A stretch of 64,000 bases of DNA, taken from positions 43,204,293 to 43,268,292 of the forward strand of contig NC_068985.1 of NCBI RefSeq assembly GCF_001194135.2. The letters are read 5' to 3'. The stretch is from Octopus bimaculoides. Taxonomy: Eukaryota. Numbering within the stretch: the stretch's first letter is position 1; every line of letters begins with the position of its first letter. Below, piece by piece: positions 57,898 to 64,000 of this stretch. The position numbers and the translations under genes are program-made. The notes beneath the pieces were generated by a model that worked only from the letters and a program-made list of their open reading frames with translations, did no database searches and was not told where the DNA came from.

Positions 57898-59394
57898 CCA
57901 AACACTAGTGTAAGTATTTAGTATACAGAACACTCCTAAGCTATCGTCTTTCAGCTTTGTAACCAATATTCATAACCAGTACTGCTTTATTCTGTCTACT
58001 TCTGTATACATTCTAATCACACTAATATCAAGCTGTATCCCTTCAAAACCAGTTGAGGAGGGTAAACTTGCATACATGAACTGCTGGTCTTCACTTAAAA
58101 TTTACTTTCCCAACAAAGCATTCAAGTGTAGATTCAGTCTTGTAAAACAGGGATCCCAGATCTATATATTCTAACAAAGGCATCTGGCCATATACAAGCA
58201 TTTTATCAAAAGTAACAAAAAAATCTGAGAGAAAATTGGTTGGTATATAATGTCTATATAACATGTACAGTTCATGCTAGTTGGTTCATACCTGCATATA
58301 AAACCCTACATAATGCAGTAAGGTATTTAACCAGGAGTGGTGGTGTTGTCAGGCAATTCTCTTTATTTTGAGATTCCATGTCCACGTTGACCAAGCAGGG
58401 AGTCATTTGAGGAAGACCTTTCAGCCAATAACCACTCCAATTTTCTTACCTCAAAAACTATGTTGCATTGGCTCATAACACAAGTAAATTAAAAGTCGTA
58501 ATTTGAGACTAAGCTGCTATGTACCATTGGGTCAATACATGGTGGCTCCATCACTGATTTATTCATAGTTTTTATGTATTATGCAATAATTAAAAACTTT
58601 GTCAACATAGAAGCACGTTCGTTTCCAGTCAAAACCAGTGAAAGTGAACTGCTTCTAGGTCCTTTCACACAGATCTCTCTAGTTCATGCATGACAGAGGG
58701 GGTTTTTTTAAACGGTAATTTTGTTTCAGTTTTCAAACTGCAGTTGTCATCCTCCTCCTTCCCAATCTCCCCCTGCTATATTTTTTTTCACGTCTCGTTT
58801 TCACTGTGTAACACTGTTCCAAAGACAAGAGAGATTGACTCCTACAAGTAACTTTAGTTGTCACTAGGTTCTTAACAGTATGTAACTGCAATTCAAAAAA
58901 TTTTCTGCAAAAAAAAAGAAAAAAAGAGCTAGGCAATCTTCTCGTGAGAAAAAGTTTAGCCTAATTCTAAAAAGAATTTGCAGAGGATGAAGAGAATTGA
59001 GTTTAATGCTCTAACAATTCTGCCAATCCACTATTCTAGACTGACACTTTATTTTATTGTCCAAGGTAACTTTGACAGGACTTGAACTCAAGAATACAAC
59101 TAGATCAAATACAAATATTTTGTTCTATACGAACAACTTAACCAAAGCAAGTGACCGTATAGACGTACCCTTGTTGGCTAATGTTTTGCTTTTTACACTT
59201 TCATGTTAAGCCCTTTAGCTCAGGAGTTTTTTTTTTAATGTTTAAACGAGCAGCTCTTCTCTCAAATGTTTAGGATACTGGAGGTCTTCAGAATGAGGAT
59301 TAGCAAGCACATCTTCCACTGATGTATTGAGCCTGTACACACACCCTTTTGACTTCTTCCAAAATGTCAAAATGTGGTAGCTGGAGGGAGAATA

Positions 59395-59463
59395 CTGATC
59401 AAAAGGATAATCCAAAACTGATCAAAAGGATAATCCAAAACTGATCAAAAGTATAATCCAAAT
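59395..59463. repeat. 23-bp tandem repeat x3
   Basis: CTGATCAAAAGGATAATCCAAAA. Confidence 0.9.
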
Positions 59464-59562
59464 TAATTTTGAACTAAGAACAATAAGACTAGAATATGAT
59501 GCATTTTGCCTAGCATAAGCAATTCTGACAATTTCCTGCCATACTACACACGAGGCTTTCAA

Positions 59563-59748
59563 ATTTTTGGCACAAGACCAACTAATTCAGGGGAGGAGGT
59601 TCTATTACATTAACCTCTGTACTTGGCTGGAACTTATTTCATCAATCCTGAAAGGATGATCTCGGCAGGATTTCAACTGAATGTAAAGCCAGAAGAAATG
59701 GTAAACATTTTGTTCGGTGTGCAAACAATTCTGCTAGCTTGCCACCTT
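59563..59748 (-). mobile_element. SINE family 2 copy
   Basis: Aligns to 50340-50535. Confidence 0.65.
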
Positions 59749-59789
59749 CATTATAAGAATAGTTTCTAATTTAGGCATAAGGCCAGCAG

Positions 59790-60207
59790 TTGAAATCGTT
59801 GTGGCAGATGCCAGTTGCTGCCTGACTGGCACGTAAAAAGCACCATTCGATCGTGGTCGTTGCCAGTGCCACTTGACTAGCTCCCGTGCCGGTGGCACGT
59901 AAAAAGCACCATTCAAGCGTGGTCGATACCAGTACCGCTTGACGCCCTCGTGCCGATGGCACGTAAAAAGTNNNNNNNNNNNNNNGTGGCACGTAAAAAG
60001 CACCATTCAAGCGTGGTCGATACCAGTACCGCTTGACGCCCTCGTGCCGATGGCACGTAAAAAGTATCCGCTACACTCTTGGAGTGGTTGGCGTTAGGAA
60101 GGAACCTTGCCAGATCAGATTTGAACCTGGTACAGCCTTCTGGCTTGTCAGTCCTGTCAAACCGTCCAACCGATGCCAACATGGAAAGCGGACATTAAAC
60201 GATGATT
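59790..60207 (+). mobile_element. RTE 3'UTR fragment with 64-66 bp tandem units
   Basis: Same 3' tail as 60960-61135 (GAGTGGTTGGCGTTAGGAAGG...CATGGAAAGCGGACATTAAACGATGA). Confidence 0.8.
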
Positions 60208-60324
60208 ATATATATCATATATATATATATCAACCCTAGTAGGATGAAAGATGGAACAGGAACAACTACCGCAAGGCAATTTTCCCCTATTGAGAGGCCC
60301 TTTGTTACTTCCGCTGGCAAGAAA

Positions 60325-61135
60325 GGGTATCTCTCTGAGTGAAAGGCAGATTGTATGATGCCAGTGTGCGAACAGCTATGCTACATGGTAGTGGAACATG
60401 GGCTGTGACAGCCGAGGACGTCCATAGGCTTGAAAGAAATGAAGCCAGTATGCTTCACTGGATGTGCAATGTTAGACATCAGATGTGGTGTGCAAGAGAG
60501 AGAACTGCGCTGGTATGGTCATGTGATGTGTATGAACGAGGATAACTGTGTAAAGTGCCAATCTCTAACCGTGAAAGAAACCTGTGGTAGAGGTAGACCC
60601 AGGAAGACAAAGAACAAAATAGTGAAATATGTTCTTCGAACTTTGAGTTACAGAGGCAATGGCTAGTGACCGAGAGACCTTTGGCGATATGCCGTGCTTG
60701 AGAAAATCCGTCAAGTGAAATCGTAATCATGGCTGATGCCGGTGTCACGTAACTGGAACTCGTGCCGGTGGTACGTAAAGTGCACCTTCCGAGCATTGGG
60801 CCCCATGGGAGGCAAAGTGGCCGAGTTCCTTTCGAGCGTTGGGCCTCAGGGAGGCAACGACCGAAACCTTTGGCATTATGTCGTGCTTATGAAGACCCGT
60901 CAAGGCGAGCAAAATTGCCGTTGTGATAGATACTGGTATCATGGAAATGGTACTCGTGCCGGTGGCACCGGCAAAGCACCCATTACACTCTCAGAGTGGT
61001 TGGCGTTAGGAAGGACATCCAAACATAGAAAACCATGCCAAATCAGACTGGAGTCTGGTGCAGCCTTCCAGCTTACCAGCTCTGGTCAAACCGTCCAACC
61101 CATGCCATCATAGACAACGTACGTTAAATGATGAC
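60325..61135 (+). mobile_element. RTE LINE 3' end (RT C-terminus, duplicated ORF end/3'UTR start, tail)
   Basis: KGRLYDASVRTAMLHG, RLERNEASML, LRWYGHVM, GRGRPRK; ends ...AACGTACGTTAAATGATGACGAC. Confidence 0.88.
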
Positions 61136-62206
61136 GACTACTAACGATTCTGACAGTTTACCTGTATTGTAACAATATACAGAAAACACTACCAGACAAA
61201 CGTTATTCAAAATATTTACGAAATATCTTTAAAAAATCCCTGAAATATTAATTTCTAACAGATAGAAAGACCTCAAACTCAGTGTTTTTTTTTACATATG
61301 ACAGTGCATGATTGGTAAAGGTTAAGTTTTTCCGTTGAGAGTTTAACAATTCCCACCAGGTTTTCGTTCACCGAGAAGAAAGTTTCTATAATTTCACACC
61401 TTCACAATCAGTTAGCCCACTTTGCCTACAACTCTTTTCATTGTTTATTTAATAAGCTAGCATTCTGTTAAGTCAACCAAGGGCAATACCCCACCAGTAA
61501 TGCTTTGCGGATTGTATCATGTTAATAAATCCACCCCTACCCTGACAAAAAACTGATTTAAAATCATGATACAGATTAGATAAATCTACAGTACAACACA
61601 CGGTCACTTCTGCCTCACTTGTCACTGGTACTGTCCTATTGTCAACAATCCATCCCATTATAAGGCAAACACCTCTATAAACATTGACCAATAACTTCAA
61701 TACTCGGCCATAAATGAGAGCTGTGAAAGTGGCTAAGTGAGAATAGAGAGGTGGACCTAGGTAGATCCTTTTCCCAGGATCGCATGGTGAAGGTGTAACA
61801 TCGAGGAAGCATAAGTAGTTTGACAGGCAAGGAGCCGGATCTGAATGGTTACAATAAACTGGACTCTCCTAAAAGCACCCAGGAATAATGAATTTCATTA
61901 AATCTACCAACCACCCAAGTTCAAGTACAGTCCATCATCTGATGAGTTTTCAGTTTTGATTGACCCAGTTGTATTACCACACTCTTGGACTAATCCAAGA
62001 ATATAGTTGAAGACACTGGCTCAATGTACCACGAAATTGTATTAAACTTGGAAGTACTGAATTGCAAGGCAAACTTCTTAACCATACAGCGATGATTGTA
62101 ATCACTCAGATAAAAAAAATTGTTAATAAAACAATCGGCAGCAGCAGTCATAGAGATGACTAGAGTGTTAATTGATCAATGCGTAGTGCGTCGGGGAGGG
62201 GGGGTA

Positions 62207-62995
62207 TACGAGGGGGTACACAAATGTAACCGGAAACGTACGCAGTTGGATCAAACCCGTGGTGGTTCAAGATTCCGCTGCTAGAAACCACTTGGTACGA
62301 CCTTCAAGCATAAATCTACAACCGGTGTCGGCAGGTGAAGTCACTGTCACGCACCGAGCTTTTGTTTTACAGTGCTTCTCCCTGTTTGTCGATTTTTGCG
62401 TTTGCTGAAACGAAGGAACAGCGTGCTTCAGTGAAATTGTTTTCTGATGGGGAAAACGGCAGCCGAAAAAAGATATGCTTCAAACAGCTTACAAAGACGT
62501 TGCCTGGTTTCCACACTTTAGAAATGATCACTTGTCACTTGAAGACGAACGTCATACAGGACGATCGTCATCTCCCGAACGAACGAAAACAAACATTCAG
62601 GAACTGATCTTGGAGGACTGTCACCGACCAATTGACAAACTTAATATGACTGGTGTGTCCTGGAGCTCCTGTCAACGAATTCTGAGCGAGGAATTGCGAA
62701 TGAAAACAGTTGCTGCAAAATTCGTGCCAAGCTTGCTCAACAGTAGACAAGAAACAGTCACGACTGAATGCCTATCGTGAACTGAACTGTTAAAAGTTGA
62801 TTCGGACCCCTTTTCGAAGGTCATCACTGGTGACGAAAGCTGGTGCTACGGAATTTGCAGATGTGGCAGCAGTGAACAATAAAACGATGAAGGTGTTAAA
62901 AGGCATCACTTCGCAAGAGTTCAAGCAGTGCTTCGAATAGTGGCAAACTCGTTTAGACCGATGCATTGCTTCAAACGGAGAATGCTTTGAAGGTG
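62207..62995 (+). mobile_element. Internally deleted mariner (probably irritans-type)
   Basis: TA-CGAGGGGGTAC left TIR; EQRASVK, MLQTAY, LEDERHTGR, VAAKFVP, KVITGDESWCYG fused at ~62852 directly to FKQCFE*WQTRLDRCIASNGECFEG. A second left-TIR-like GGGATACCCAAAAGAAACCGAATT follows at ~62995. Confidence 0.85.
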
Positions 62996-63208
62996 GGATA
63001 CCCAAAAGAAACCGAATTTTGCAATATTTTATTTTGAAGGGTTTAGTTCACCGGTGATCTAAACAAATAGGTACGCTAAGTGCTATAATTGGTCATCCGT
63101 TAGGTTCCAAGTTCACGGTTGAGGCTGGAGCTAGGGATCCGTATTAGGCTTCCGAGTTAGCAGGTATATATAAGAAAAAAGGACAACAAAAACTAAGGCA
63201 GGACAGAT

Positions 63209-63551
63209 ATCTTAAGTCATAGGCTAGCATGTCCCTACAATGGGTATACCGTCAGTGGCGAAGTGAGTATGTATGAAAGTTCTAGACAGATTCACAATCT
63301 ATAAAATAATAAGGTAGTAGACAGACTAAAGTTCACAGCTCATCTTCCAGAGGGTATGGAGGTTGGGCCGTACTAAGGACCTATACCTTCACGGAAGTGC
63401 GGACCAACCTCTGGAAGATGAGCTGCGAACTTGATTCTCCCGTTTGTATTCTATCTAGTGCTTTATCCTTCTATATTTTATTCCTTATACATACCTTGTC
63501 TCCGATGACGGAATACCCAGTTTAGAGACATGCTAACTTATCACTTCAAAT
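63209..63551. repeat. Long imperfect palindrome
   Basis: Inner arms 63329-63353 / 63408-63432 match 24/25; outer arms 63209-63275 / 63486-63551 are diverged. Confidence 0.8.
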
Positions 63552-63593
63552 TCACCTTACCCTAATTAAAATATATATATATATATATATATA

Positions 63594-63982
63594 GGCACAA
63601 GAGTGGCTGTGTGGTAAGTAGCTTGCTTACCAACCACATGGTTCCGGGTCCAATCCCACTGCGTGGCATCTTGGGCAAGTATCTTCTACTTTAGTCTTGT
63701 GAGTGGATTTGGTAGACGGAAACTGAAAGAAGCCCGTCGTATAATACATATGTGTGTGTGTGTGTAAGTTTGTATGTCCGTGTTTATCCCCCCAACATCG
63801 CTTGACAACCGATGCTAGTGTGTTTACGTCCCCGTAACCGTAACTTAGCGGTTCGGCAAAACAGACCGATAGAATAAGTACTAGGCTTACAAAGAATTAG
63901 TCCCGGGTCTCGATTTGCTCGACTAAAAGGCGGCGAGCCAGCATGGCCACAGCCAAATGACTGAAACAAGTAAAAGAGTAAA
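63594..63982 (+). mobile_element. tRNA-derived SINE, family 1 (near complete)
   Basis: Head GTGGCTGTGTGGTAAG...GGGTCCAATCCC, TTGGGCAAGTATCTTC, internal (TG)n, tail GACTGAAACAAGTAAAAGAG; reverse copies at 22683 and 39585. Confidence 0.85.
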
Positions 63983-64000
63983 TATGTATTAATCCCTCGT

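Noticed and set aside
58447-58480. ATG...GAG/GTAAG on the - strand as a possible tubulin exon 1
   Set aside because: Encodes MSQCNIVFE, not MREIVH...; it has the wrong length and sequence.
59828-60064. Repeat array as CRISPR-like
   Set aside because: The units are contiguous tandem copies without unique spacers, in a eukaryotic LINE 3'UTR.
63496-63535. CCGATGA...GAGAC as a second hammerhead
   Set aside because: The core has mismatches, there is no clear stem II, and the opposite arm does not conserve the pairing.

Overview
AT-rich, intron-rich animal DNA with four assembly gaps. The SINE/LINE content suggests a mollusc, probably an octopus (inference from repeat families; no search was run). 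Two convergent genes are present. (1) USP7 on the + strand: 28 coding exons from 1373 to the TAA at 29369-29371, all with GT-AG junctions and in frame (2858 nt). They cover the end of the MATH domain, the catalytic domain with intact Cys/His/Asp boxes, the UBL domains and the C-terminal tail; the 5' exons were not found and probably lie upstream of the window. (2) A beta-tubulin on the - strand: exons 2-4 at 57065-56957, 56046-55691 and 53169-52357; exon 1 is not in the window. The introns and the 23-kb intergenic region are full of decayed transposons: Hsmar1-like and other mariners, RTE LINEs, a CRE-clade retrotransposon (PHD + RT + restriction-like endonuclease), hAT, piggyBac, pogo and foldback MITEs, and tRNA-derived SINEs. 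The most interesting signals are RNA-structural: a palindromic tRNA-headed element carrying a minimal hammerhead ribozyme motif (37646-37972), a twister ribozyme remnant at the 5' end of an RTE LINE (36162-36207), and a ~190-bp intronic inverted repeat that brackets a USP7 catalytic-domain exon (7442-8844).
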